A DNA stretch of 44,266 bases, taken from positions 1-44,266 of the IMG/VR virus record IMGVR_UViG_3300045988_092115; one strand, written 5' to 3'. A program made the position numbers and the translations under genes. The DNA is from a virus. Below the pieces are notes generated by a model. The model was not told the origin of the DNA. It searched no databases and saw only the letters and a list, made by a program, of their open reading frames with translations. Below, piece by piece: positions 33,597 to 40,173 of this stretch; the stretch's first letter is position 1, and each line of letters starts with the position of its first letter.

Positions 33597-33655
33597 TTAA
33601 CTCAACTCGGAATTGAGTTAAAAACGAATTAAATTGAGTTAAATTGAGTTAAATC
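33597..33655. repeat. Conserved ~49-bp element, copy B, plus one extra gagttaaat unit
   Basis: ttaactcaactcggaattgagttaaaaacgaattaaattgagttaaattgagttaaatc. It overlaps the stop codon of the HTH gene. Confidence 0.85.
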
Positions 33656-33882
33656 AATTTGGACTTCTCTTCGTCCGTTATCCCTGCGGCCTTTAGCAAC
33701 GGCCACAGTTCCTTTAACCGCATCGAGCCGGGATCTTTTTTTCTCAGCCGATACGTTGCCAGATTCATACCCGCCATCTTCGCCATACGCTGATCGTCCA
33801 AACGCTTGCGGGCTTTAATAACATCAAGGAGTATCTGGACATTCTCCCCTTTTTCGTCAGCGTATGTCTTTTTTCTCAGCAT
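33649..33882 (-). CDS. Small HTH DNA-binding protein
   Basis: Start moved to the ATG at 33882, preceded by GGAGG. 77 aa with ...DDQRMAKMAGMNLATYRLRKKDPGSMRLKEL... Confidence 0.6.
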   Translation of the reverse strand: MLRKKTYADEKGENVQILLDVIKARKRLDDQRMAKMAGMNLATYRLRKKDPGSMRLKELWPLLKAAGITDEEKSKLI

Positions 33883-34048
33883 AAGACCTCCGCTCTGGTA
33901 AACAAAAATCCTGTAAGCATCCAATCTTGTGCGTAAACAGCTAAGTCGTGCGTATCTCCTGTACCACGCTATTCTGATGTGTTTACCACGTTGCGCCTAC
34001 TTACGGGCCGGAGTAACCGCGTTACCTCCGGGCAAATGGTTTTATATA

Positions 34049-34090
34049 TTTACATTTACATTATCATTTACATTATCATTTACATTTACA
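34049..34090. repeat. Phased hexamer array (TTTACA/TTATCA x7)
   Basis: tttaca tttaca ttatca tttaca ttatca tttaca tttaca, in strict 6-bp phase with a mirror-symmetric order (A A B A B A A). Confidence 0.9.
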
Positions 34091-34108
34091 TTAGGTTTTC
34101 AGATTCAA

Positions 34109-34142
34109 AACCAGTGGTTTCCGAAAAGAAAAACCAGTGGTT
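34109..34142. promoter_or_regulatory. Two copies of the palindrome AACCAGTGGTT (34109-34119, 34132-34142)
   Basis: The same 11-mer recurs exactly, each copy preceded by an A-run. Confidence 0.6.
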
Positions 34143-34144
34143 TA

Positions 34145-34333
34145 TTATCTTTTCAAAGTGTACGCTGGCTTGCCGTCAATGCTTGTAAAATGGTACCATC
34201 TTGTCTCATTATCCTTGCAAAATCCCATGTTCTCGACATCATAGCAAGCACAAATGCCATCATCCTTTGAATAGCCAAATGCTTCCCTTGCCTGCGCAAG
34301 AGCTTTCCACAGTGGAATAAATACCCTTTTCAT
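34145..34333 (-). CDS. Small hypothetical protein
   Basis: 62-aa ORF bracketed by palindrome pairs. Confidence 0.55.
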   Translation of the reverse strand: MKRVFIPLWKALAQAREAFGYSKDDGICACYDVENMGFCKDNETRWYHFTSIDGKPAYTLKR

Positions 34334-34363
34334 AGCTTATGTACCTCCGGTTAATACTTTTAA

Positions 34364-34397
34364 AACCTATGGTTAATAACTCTAAAAACCAGTGGTT
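34364..34397. promoter_or_regulatory. Two more palindrome copies (AACCTATGGTT 34364-34374, AACCAGTGGTT 34387-34397)
   Basis: They lie 31-64 nt upstream of the ATG at 34333 on the minus strand. Confidence 0.6.
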
Positions 34398-34773
34398 ATT
34401 GTTTATCTTTACGACTGTATGGCATTTCGGTAAAATCCCTGTCCTTGTCGTATTTGAAAACGTTCCCGATCTCGCATTGCTTCCACACATCCTCTTTCAC
34501 ATAATAGGTTTGCGTGTCATATTTCTGCTTGTCCTCATCATAATTACGAATTTTTATCTCGTAAGCATCAGGGTAAGTCATCACATATGGCATTAGGATG
34601 GTGTAATATGTTTTACCATTGCTATAAATCGTAGGAATAAGCATGGTATCTGCATGGGCCGGGATGAACCTCTTACTGTAAATCTCTCCTTCCGCCATCT
34701 TCCCTCTGCATCCAGAAAGCAAAAGAACAAAAGAAAGCGCCGAAATCAATAGATATTTTTTTACCATCATCAC
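34396..34773 (-). CDS. Lipoprotein
   Basis: Signal peptide with a lipobox: KKYLLISALSFVLLLSGC. Confidence 0.7.
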   Translation of the reverse strand: MMMVKKYLLISALSFVLLLSGCRGKMAEGEIYSKRFIPAHADTMLIPTIYSNGKTYYTILMPYVMTYPDAYEIKIRNYDEDKQKYDTQTYYVKEDVWKQCEIGNVFKYDKDRDFTEMPYSRKDKQ

Positions 34774-34777
34774 CGCC

Positions 34778-34805
34778 TTGTATTTTCCTACCTATGTACT
34801 ATAAT
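34778..34805 (+). promoter_or_regulatory. Sigma-70-like promoter TTGTAT-N16-TATAAT
   Basis: TTGTAT at 34778-34783 and TATAAT at 34800-34805, upstream of the plus-strand ORF. Confidence 0.45.
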
Positions 34806-34852
34806 TTCCATACAGGCGTTGCCGCGCCGAGTAAATGAAAGGAATAATACAT

Positions 34853-35098
34853 ATGACAAAAATTTACGCTTGCCTTGCCGGAAGTTGGGTATGCCTTAAC
34901 GATGACCCAGACTGCCGCATAGGCGAAAATCTACAAGCACCGTTAATCTGGTGGGAAGAAAGCGCTCTGGTTTATGCTCCGGGCAATTCTTCCGAAAAGC
35001 AGCTTAACAGTTTGTATGGCTTGGATTATGTCCACATTTTCTATAATGGAAATGATTGGCGCATCAATCCAATTTACATCCAAATCGTGAACGGATAA
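34853..35098 (+). CDS. Opposite-strand hypothetical protein inside the early-left operon
   Basis: The ATG at 34853 is preceded by AAAGGAA plus 8 nt. 81 aa. The 3' end overlaps the converging 35064..35276 ORF by 35 nt. Confidence 0.5.
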   Translation: MTKIYACLAGSWVCLNDDPDCRIGENLQAPLIWWEESALVYAPGNSSEKQLNSLYGLDYVHIFYNGNDWRINPIYIQIVNG

Positions 35099-35276
35099 CC
35101 CGCTCAGCATCTTCTGGATTGGCGAATTTGAGAGTTTTTTCGAATTCGCCTCTTTCTTTTGCAAAGGCTCCGTCTATGCCTTCTCTTAATTTGATCCAGT
35201 CACGGTAGCTGATGCCTTGCAAAGCTTCTATGTATCTTTTCGTTCTGCTCACCTCCTGGTTCTTACTTCTCCTCAT
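35064..35276 (-). CDS. Small hypothetical early protein
   Basis: 70-aa ORF overlapping the cro-like gene end by 14 nt. Confidence 0.55.
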   Translation of the reverse strand: MRRSKNQEVSRTKRYIEALQGISYRDWIKLREGIDGAFAKERGEFEKTLKFANPEDAERVIRSRFGCKLD

Positions 35277-35460
35277 CCTCTAAAAGAGTTTCGATACCGA
35301 CTCCGAAGTAAGTTGCGATCTTCTGTAGCTTATCGACCTTCGGAACACTTCTCCCGCTTTTCCAATCTGAAAAAGTAGATTTTGGAATTCCTGTATCAGA
35401 TGCAACTCTGTAGTCAGTGACGCCTAAAGAATCGCGGAGCTGCACATACTTTTTATACAA
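35263..35460 (-). CDS. Cro-like XRE-family HTH protein
   Basis: 65 aa with a TTG start preceded by GGAAAGGGGTGA. VTDYRVASDTGIPKSTFSDWKSGRSVPKVDKLQKIATYFGV is an XRE HTH. It is divergent from the repressor gene. Confidence 0.75.
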   Translation of the reverse strand: MYKKYVQLRDSLGVTDYRVASDTGIPKSTFSDWKSGRSVPKVDKLQKIATYFGVGIETLLEDEEK

Positions 35461-35683
35461 AATATCACCCCTTTCCTTAATAAACTATTGCTTTTAGTTC
35501 GGAAATGTGATATAGTTCAATTGTCAGATTAAAAGATTCACATTTCCGAACCGATTATGAAAATCATATCAATTCGTTTGTTATATTTATGATTTCCTAA
35601 CCATGTATCAACTATAGCACGGATTTCATAAATAGTCAAGCGTTTTAGTTGTGATTTCATAAATATTTTTCAAGGAGTCCACT
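35461..35683. promoter_or_regulatory. Genetic-switch intergenic region with two operator sets
   Basis: A 14-bp perfect inverted repeat, gttcggaaatgtga (35497-35510) / tcacatttccgaac (35538-35551). Also GATTTC(A/C)T direct repeats at 35591, 35622 and 35653, exactly 31 bp apart. Confidence 0.65.
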
Positions 35684-36067
35684 ATGTACGAAATATTTGC
35701 GAAATTACTGGAAGAACGTGGCGTTACAGCTTACAAAGTTTCAAAAGCAACTGGAATTGCTGGCTCTACTTTTTCAGATTGGAAAAGTGGGAGAAGCACT
35801 CCTAAGCAAGATAAGCTACAGAAAATTGCTGATTATTTCGGCGTGTCTGTTGACTTCTTAATAACAGGAAAGGAGGAAACTGCCGTTGCACAAGAAACAC
35901 ATGTTGATTTAAAAGCGGAATTTAACCGCATCAAGAAACTGTTGGAAAGCGGGGAAAACGCACCGTTGTACTTTGACGGGCAACCCGCAGATCAGGAGAG
36001 CATCAACTTGCTGCTCGACCAGATCAAGATATCCGTTGCGCTTATGGAACGTATGCGCAAAAAATAG
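35684..36067 (+). CDS. CI-like XRE-family repressor
   Basis: 127 aa. The N-terminal HTH (VTAYKVSKATGIAGSTFSDWKSGRSTPKQDKLQKIADYFGV) is nearly the same motif as the cro-like protein. It has a C-terminal extension. Confidence 0.75.
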   Translation: MYEIFAKLLEERGVTAYKVSKATGIAGSTFSDWKSGRSTPKQDKLQKIADYFGVSVDFLITGKEETAVAQETHVDLKAEFNRIKKLLESGENAPLYFDGQPADQESINLLLDQIKISVALMERMRKK

Positions 36068-36079
36068 GAGAGGTAGAAC

Positions 36080-36505
36080 ATGACAGATGCAAAAAGGACA
36101 GCCGTAGAGCTATCGAAGAAATACCACACAAATGAACCGTTCGAATTAGCCGAACAGTTGGGGGTATATACACAGGTTGGACCTTTGGGGAAGATATTCG
36201 GATGCTGCTTAACCATAGCGGGGCAACGCTTTATATATATCAACAGCGATCTGGATACGCCTACACAGAAGATGGTAGCGGCTCATGAACTGGGCCACGC
36301 CGTGATGCACCGGGAAGACTACTTCTTTTTTAATTGGATGAGTGACACCGCATACCGAAATCGGGCAGAAATCGAAGCGCATACCTTTGCTGCAGAACTG
36401 CTTGTGCCGGACAGCGTTGTACTGGAACATCCTGGATATACATTGAATCAGCTATCCGCATTAACCGGATATGCAGAAAATTTTTTGAAATTTAAGAAAA
36501 TTTGA
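36080..36505 (+). CDS. ImmA/IrrE-family metallopeptidase
   Basis: 141 aa with HELGH (AAHELGHAVMH), directly downstream of the repressor. Confidence 0.75.
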   Translation: MTDAKRTAVELSKKYHTNEPFELAEQLGVYTQVGPLGKIFGCCLTIAGQRFIYINSDLDTPTQKMVAAHELGHAVMHREDYFFFNWMSDTAYRNRAEIEAHTFAAELLVPDSVVLEHPGYTLNQLSALTGYAENFLKFKKI

Positions 36506-37155
36506 GGTTTTTAATGAACACCACAATAAAAGGAATCCGGCAGGAGCTTTTATATTCTGATAAGAGTTTTTTGTTGTCCGAGTTTTTAATGCCATCGAAA
36601 GCATCTTCTTTCAGAAAAATAAAGGAAATAGCATATTGCTATGGAGATCATGGGAGATTTGGATATCTGAGATTTCACGAAAAGAATGGTTCTGTTGAAA
36701 CGTTCTTGTTTCGGAAGAAGAGGAACGAACAGGTTTCAGAATTTTTAGATACCGTCCAAATTGGTTATCCAGATGTGAAACTGAACGAACAGTATGAAAG
36801 AATTGATTGCCGATCGGCATATAATTACATGCCCGGAAGAAAAAAAGCATTATGCTGGATATCTGCCTTCATCATTCTGCTGGGTTCATTCTTTTTCTAC
36901 ATGAATAATATGTCTTCCATTATGAACGACAAAAAAATTACGTTGGAAGCGTTTAATCAGTGTGAAATTGGAATGACATATGAGCAATGTGAGAAAATAA
37001 TTGGATCTGCTGGAACTCCACTTGCTGAGTCCGAAATAATAGATACAAACATGACAGCATATATGTGGTATGCCAATGAATATAGCGGCGCAAACGCAGA
37101 GTTATACTTTATGGACGGCAAGCTATATCAGAAAGTACAAATCGGCTTGGAATGA
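36502..37155 (+). CDS. Membrane protein with extracellular BamE/DUF3862-like C-terminal domain
   Basis: Features are a central TM helix (ALCWISAFIILLGSFFFY) and C-terminal ITLEAFNQCEIGMTYEQCEKIIGSAG...AELYFMDGKLYQK. The start may be the ATG at 36514. Confidence 0.6.
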   Translation: MRFLMNTTIKGIRQELLYSDKSFLLSEFLMPSKASSFRKIKEIAYCYGDHGRFGYLRFHEKNGSVETFLFRKKRNEQVSEFLDTVQIGYPDVKLNEQYERIDCRSAYNYMPGRKKALCWISAFIILLGSFFFYMNNMSSIMNDKKITLEAFNQCEIGMTYEQCEKIIGSAGTPLAESEIIDTNMTAYMWYANEYSGANAELYFMDGKLYQKVQIGLE

Positions 37156-37173
37156 TATTCGGGAGCTTGTAGT

Positions 37174-37857
37174 ATGAAAAAAGGGTGTTTATACTGGTTG
37201 GTACTCGGCTGGTGGCTCGAACCTATACTGTATTTGATAAAGCAAACTCGCATCGTTGTATGGATAGCAGCTATATTGGTGCTTATCGGGTTCTTGATAA
37301 TGGCAGGAGCTTTTATCGTTGCTATGGCGTTCATTTTTGCCGTTCTGGCCGTTTTCATCATCATAGCCAGTATGATTATCGGATTGATACAAAAAATCCA
37401 TTCTCGGCGTGCTTGCGGCACTGATGAAGACCTACACGCAGAAGAGCTTGAAGAGCAAGAAGAACAATGTCAGTCAGAGCAAGTCAAAAAGCAGATTCCT
37501 ACACCTACAAAGGAACTGGAAATGTCCGATGAACAGGCTTTGAGATACGGCTCAATCTGCAACGCATTCCTGGAACACCAGGAAGAGCAAGAAGAAGCAA
37601 ATGAACAATGCTGGCCGAAGCCTATAACTGTATGTATTCCGCAATCGGAGATGGTTCCGAAAGAAATCAAGAAAGCAGAGTTGGAACCAGTAAAAAAGCC
37701 AGCACCTGCACAGGTAAAGAAGCCAGAAATGTCAGATGAACAAGCTTTAATGTATGGATTGATCTGCAACGCATATCTTAACCACCAGGAAGAAATGGAA
37801 CAATACGAACCACATGAAAGAAACAACGAAAAAGGCAATATACAAGATGATCTGTGA
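37174..37857 (+). CDS. Membrane protein with duplicated acidic C-terminal repeat
   Basis: The N-terminus has three hydrophobic helices. Two ~25-aa repeats follow: MSDEQALRYGSICNAFLEHQEEQEE (from 37522) and MSDEQALMYGLICNAYLNHQEEMEQ (from 37739). Confidence 0.65.
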   Translation: MKKGCLYWLVLGWWLEPILYLIKQTRIVVWIAAILVLIGFLIMAGAFIVAMAFIFAVLAVFIIIASMIIGLIQKIHSRRACGTDEDLHAEELEEQEEQCQSEQVKKQIPTPTKELEMSDEQALRYGSICNAFLEHQEEQEEANEQCWPKPITVCIPQSEMVPKEIKKAELEPVKKPAPAQVKKPEMSDEQALMYGLICNAYLNHQEEMEQYEPHERNNEKGNIQDDL

Positions 37858-38110
37858 TTCTATGGAACCGCAGACGGAACAGGTATTTGATGTGCTCTTT
37901 TCCGGCACATCCGAACAGGATTCGGAGCAAAAGATATACTCCCAAATGCTCCTGAACGGAATTAAGCTATCTACTTACCTTTCGGTACAGATGATTCTTG
38001 ATCTGCTGATTGAGAATCAGATTGTTGAGCTGGATGAGCGCCAGATTCAAAAACTTCTCTTACAGCAGCTTTCATCTGCCGCAGAGGAGAGGGGGCATTC
38101 TCAGGAGTGA
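37814..38110 (+). CDS. Doubtful hypothetical ORF
   Basis: 98 aa with no Shine-Dalgarno sequence. It overlaps the previous gene by 44 nt and is antisense to 37971..38174. Confidence 0.3.
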   Translation: MKETTKKAIYKMICDSMEPQTEQVFDVLFSGTSEQDSEQKIYSQMLLNGIKLSTYLSVQMILDLLIENQIVELDERQIQKLLLQQLSSAAEERGHSQE

Positions 38111-38174
38111 CGATGCTTTCCAGACGCTCAACACGATTTACTAAGTTATTCCATCGTTTTTTTGATATAAACAT
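37971..38174 (-). CDS. Small protein converging on the lysogeny operon
   Basis: 67 aa. The ATG is preceded by AAAGGA plus 9 nt. The N-terminus is MFISKKRWNNLVNRVERLESIV. A palindrome copy lies 37 nt upstream. Confidence 0.4.
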   Translation of the reverse strand: MFISKKRWNNLVNRVERLESIVTPENAPSPLRQMKAAVREVFESGAHPAQQSDSQSADQESSVPKGK

Positions 38175-38210
38175 AAAATACCATCCTTTTTATTTTTATC
38201 ATATCAGAAA

Positions 38211-38221
38211 AACCTATGGTT
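38211..38221. promoter_or_regulatory. Fifth copy of the palindrome (AACCTATGGTT)
   Basis: Exact match to the 34364-34374 variant, again preceded by an A-run. Confidence 0.55.
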
Positions 38222-38230
38222 ATATCACCA

Positions 38231-38267
38231 AAATAAAAAACGCCCGGTGCTACCAACACCAGACGTT
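38231..38267 (-). terminator. Intrinsic terminator functional on the minus strand
   Basis: On the minus strand, AACGUCUGGUG...CACCGGGCGUU pairs fully (two G-U pairs) and is followed by TTTTTTATTT. The plus-strand version has two C-A mismatches. Confidence 0.55.
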
Positions 38268-38388
38268 TTAAGGATGTGATAAAATCACAAAACCTACACT
38301 GATATAATATCACATCCGGCAGCAGTCACGCAAGATAAATTACTAAATCTGGTGGCTGTATTTTTTATACCAAAAAAGGAGTGATACT

Positions 38389-39471
38389 ATGGCAAAAGCA
38401 AAGAAATTACCATCTGGATCATGGAGAGTCCAGGTGTTTGACAGATTTGAGGATGTACGTGACAAGGACGGCAAGGCAGTATTGGATGATAAAGGTAAAC
38501 CGAAAAAAAAGAGAATCTATAAATCATTCACAAACGATGACCCTACACCAAAAGGGAAACGTGATGTTGAGCGGGAAGCTGCTATATGGGCCGCAAGCAA
38601 GGAAAACGAATCAAACACCCACGCGGAATTAACATTAGGCGAAGCCACAGATCTATATATAAGCCAGCGTTCCGCTGTGCTGTCTCCTTCAACCGTTAGG
38701 GAATATAAAAATTCCAGAAAGCGGGACTTGCAAGGGATGATGAATGTAAAACTTCAAGACATCACGCAGGACATGATACAGGCAGCTATAAATCAAGAAG
38801 CACTCTCCCACTCTCCTAAGTCTGTAAGGAATATGCATGGGCTTCTCACTGCTGTCCTTGCCGCTTACAGACCCGGCTTTGCAGTGCGCACGAAGCTGCC
38901 AGCAAAAGTTAGGCCTGATCTTTATGTCCCATCTGACGCAGACATAAAAAAGCTGTTGTCCTACGCAAAAGGAACTGATATGGAGCTGCCTATACTGCTT
39001 GCTGCGTTCGGCCCGATGCGCCGCGGTGAAATATGTGCGCTGGAATCTGACTGCATAGACGGGAATGTGGTGCACGTTGCTTATGCACTCGTACAGAACG
39101 AAAAAAAAGAATGGGTGAAAAAGAGTCCAAAGAGCTACGCAGGGGACCGGTACATCCCTTACCCATCGTTTGTGTCGGATATGTTTAAAGAAAAGTCCGG
39201 CCGCATTGTTGATATGACACCGATGCAGATCACAAAGAAGTTTTCCAGGCTGTTAAAAAGGGCCGGTCTTCCACACTTCCGGTTCCACGATTTACGCCAC
39301 TACTCCGCTTCCATACAGCACGCTATAGGGATCCCGGATGCTTACATCATGCAGCGAGGAGGATGGGGAAACGATGGTGTATTAAAACAGGTTTACAGGC
39401 ACGCAATGATAAGTCAGGAAAGGAACATGAGCCAAAAAGCAAATGATTACTTTGAAAAGATCGCAAAGTAG
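38389..39471 (+). CDS. int: Tyrosine site-specific integrase
   Basis: 360 aa. An N-terminal LPSGSWRVQV arm-binding-type motif is present. Catalytic signature: GPMRRGE (Arg), FRFHDLRHYSAS (His-x-x-Arg), GGWGNDGVLKQVYRH (Tyr). Confidence 0.9.
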   Translation: MAKAKKLPSGSWRVQVFDRFEDVRDKDGKAVLDDKGKPKKKRIYKSFTNDDPTPKGKRDVEREAAIWAASKENESNTHAELTLGEATDLYISQRSAVLSPSTVREYKNSRKRDLQGMMNVKLQDITQDMIQAAINQEALSHSPKSVRNMHGLLTAVLAAYRPGFAVRTKLPAKVRPDLYVPSDADIKKLLSYAKGTDMELPILLAAFGPMRRGEICALESDCIDGNVVHVAYALVQNEKKEWVKKSPKSYAGDRYIPYPSFVSDMFKEKSGRIVDMTPMQITKKFSRLLKRAGLPHFRFHDLRHYSASIQHAIGIPDAYIMQRGGWGNDGVLKQVYRHAMISQERNMSQKANDYFEKIAK

Positions 39472-39533
39472 TAATTTAACGCGGATAGATAGGGGCGAGA
39501 AATGCAGCAAAAACAGGTGTTTTAAAGAGATAG

Positions 39534-39555
39534 TGCAACACGAAATGCAACACGA
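39534..39555 (+). repeat. 22-bp direct repeat tgcaacacgaaatgcaacacga, copy 1 (candidate integrase arm site)
   Basis: Identical to 39739-39760. Each copy is itself a tandem of tgcaacacga. Confidence 0.85.
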
Positions 39556-39577
39556 TAAGCCAAGAATGCTTATTTTA

Positions 39578-39624
39578 AGCCACTTGTGGCCGAGAGGTCG
39601 CAGGTTCAAATCCTGTTGCCCCGA
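39578..39624 (+). other. tRNA 3'-half-like fragment (candidate attP core)
   Basis: gcagg-ttcaaat-cctgt T arm, then a 7-nt acceptor strand tgccccg plus A. A possible long variable arm is ggcc-gaga-ggtc. No matching 5' half lies upstream. Confidence 0.55.
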
Positions 39625-39632
39625 TTAACTGG

Positions 39633-39673
39633 AAAGCCGCATAGAACCTAGATCTTAGGTTTTATGCGGCTTT
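39633..39673. terminator. Long near-perfect hairpin downstream of the tRNA-like fragment
   Basis: aaagccgcata...tatgcggcttt, with an inner aaccta-gatc-ttaggtt pairing. Confidence 0.5.
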
Positions 39674-39738
39674 AGATGTTATAAGTATTTATCACTTGTT
39701 GCATAAATATATTGAAAATGATACATTTTTAAAAACTA

Positions 39739-39760
39739 TGCAACACGAAATGCAACACGA
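39739..39760 (+). repeat. 22-bp direct repeat, copy 2
   Basis: Identical to 39534-39555, on the other side of the tRNA-like core. Confidence 0.85.
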
Positions 39761-39847
39761 AATATTCTGGATGGGCGGTGTTTCCATCGTCTCGAGCACT
39801 CCATAGGAAGTGTGTCGGGAACCATTGCAGACCTCAGAATATTCGCA

Positions 39848-40108
39848 TTATTTCACACCAGGACCATGCTCTGGATCCTGATCGTGATTGTGGCGTGCGC
39901 TGTCTGGGGTAGTGCCTGCATCAATGACACCGTTTGCCGGATGACCGCCGCCAGCCGGTTTTCCTACGCCCGGGCCGGAATTAACATAGTGACCACAGTC
40001 ATCATCAGCCGGAGACAGGTTGTGGTGATCGTTGATATCACAGTGTGCTGCATCATGAGGTGCACAGTCGCGGTGTAAAGGTTCCTGGATGTTCATTTCT
40101 TTTTCCAT
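39848..40108 (-). CDS. His/Asp/Pro/Gly-rich small protein (moron position next to attP)
   Basis: 86 aa. The ATG is preceded by AAGAAAGGAAAC. The composition is unusual (many H and D, paired C) and it is more GC-rich than its neighbours. An alternative plus-strand ORF, 39812..40078, exists. Confidence 0.4.
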   Translation of the reverse strand: MEKEMNIQEPLHRDCAPHDAAHCDINDHHNLSPADDDCGHYVNSGPGVGKPAGGGHPANGVIDAGTTPDSARHNHDQDPEHGPGVK

Positions 40109-40173
40109 AAGATGTTTCCTTTCTTTCTGTAAGATATTTGATACTCACATAGTACTGCTTTTTCACATTTTGA

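Noticed and set aside
33597-33655. Possible CRISPR array or satellite from the repeated gagttaaatt units (also at 25991-26010)
   Set aside because: Only two or three directly abutting 10-nt units are present, with no spacers. This is far too short for CRISPR repeats, and no cas genes are present.
33929-34270. Plus-strand ORFs of 113 and 69 aa (one reading YIYIYIIIYIIIYIYI)
   Set aside because: They are artefacts of translating the TTTACA/TTATCA hexamer array and the palindrome-rich intergenic region.
39578-39624. A second complete tRNA gene after the integrase
   Set aside because: Only the variable-arm/T-arm/acceptor 3' half can be folded. The upstream 45 nt contain no complementary acceptor strand (cggggca), D arm or anticodon arm. 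It is interpreted as an att core fragment instead.
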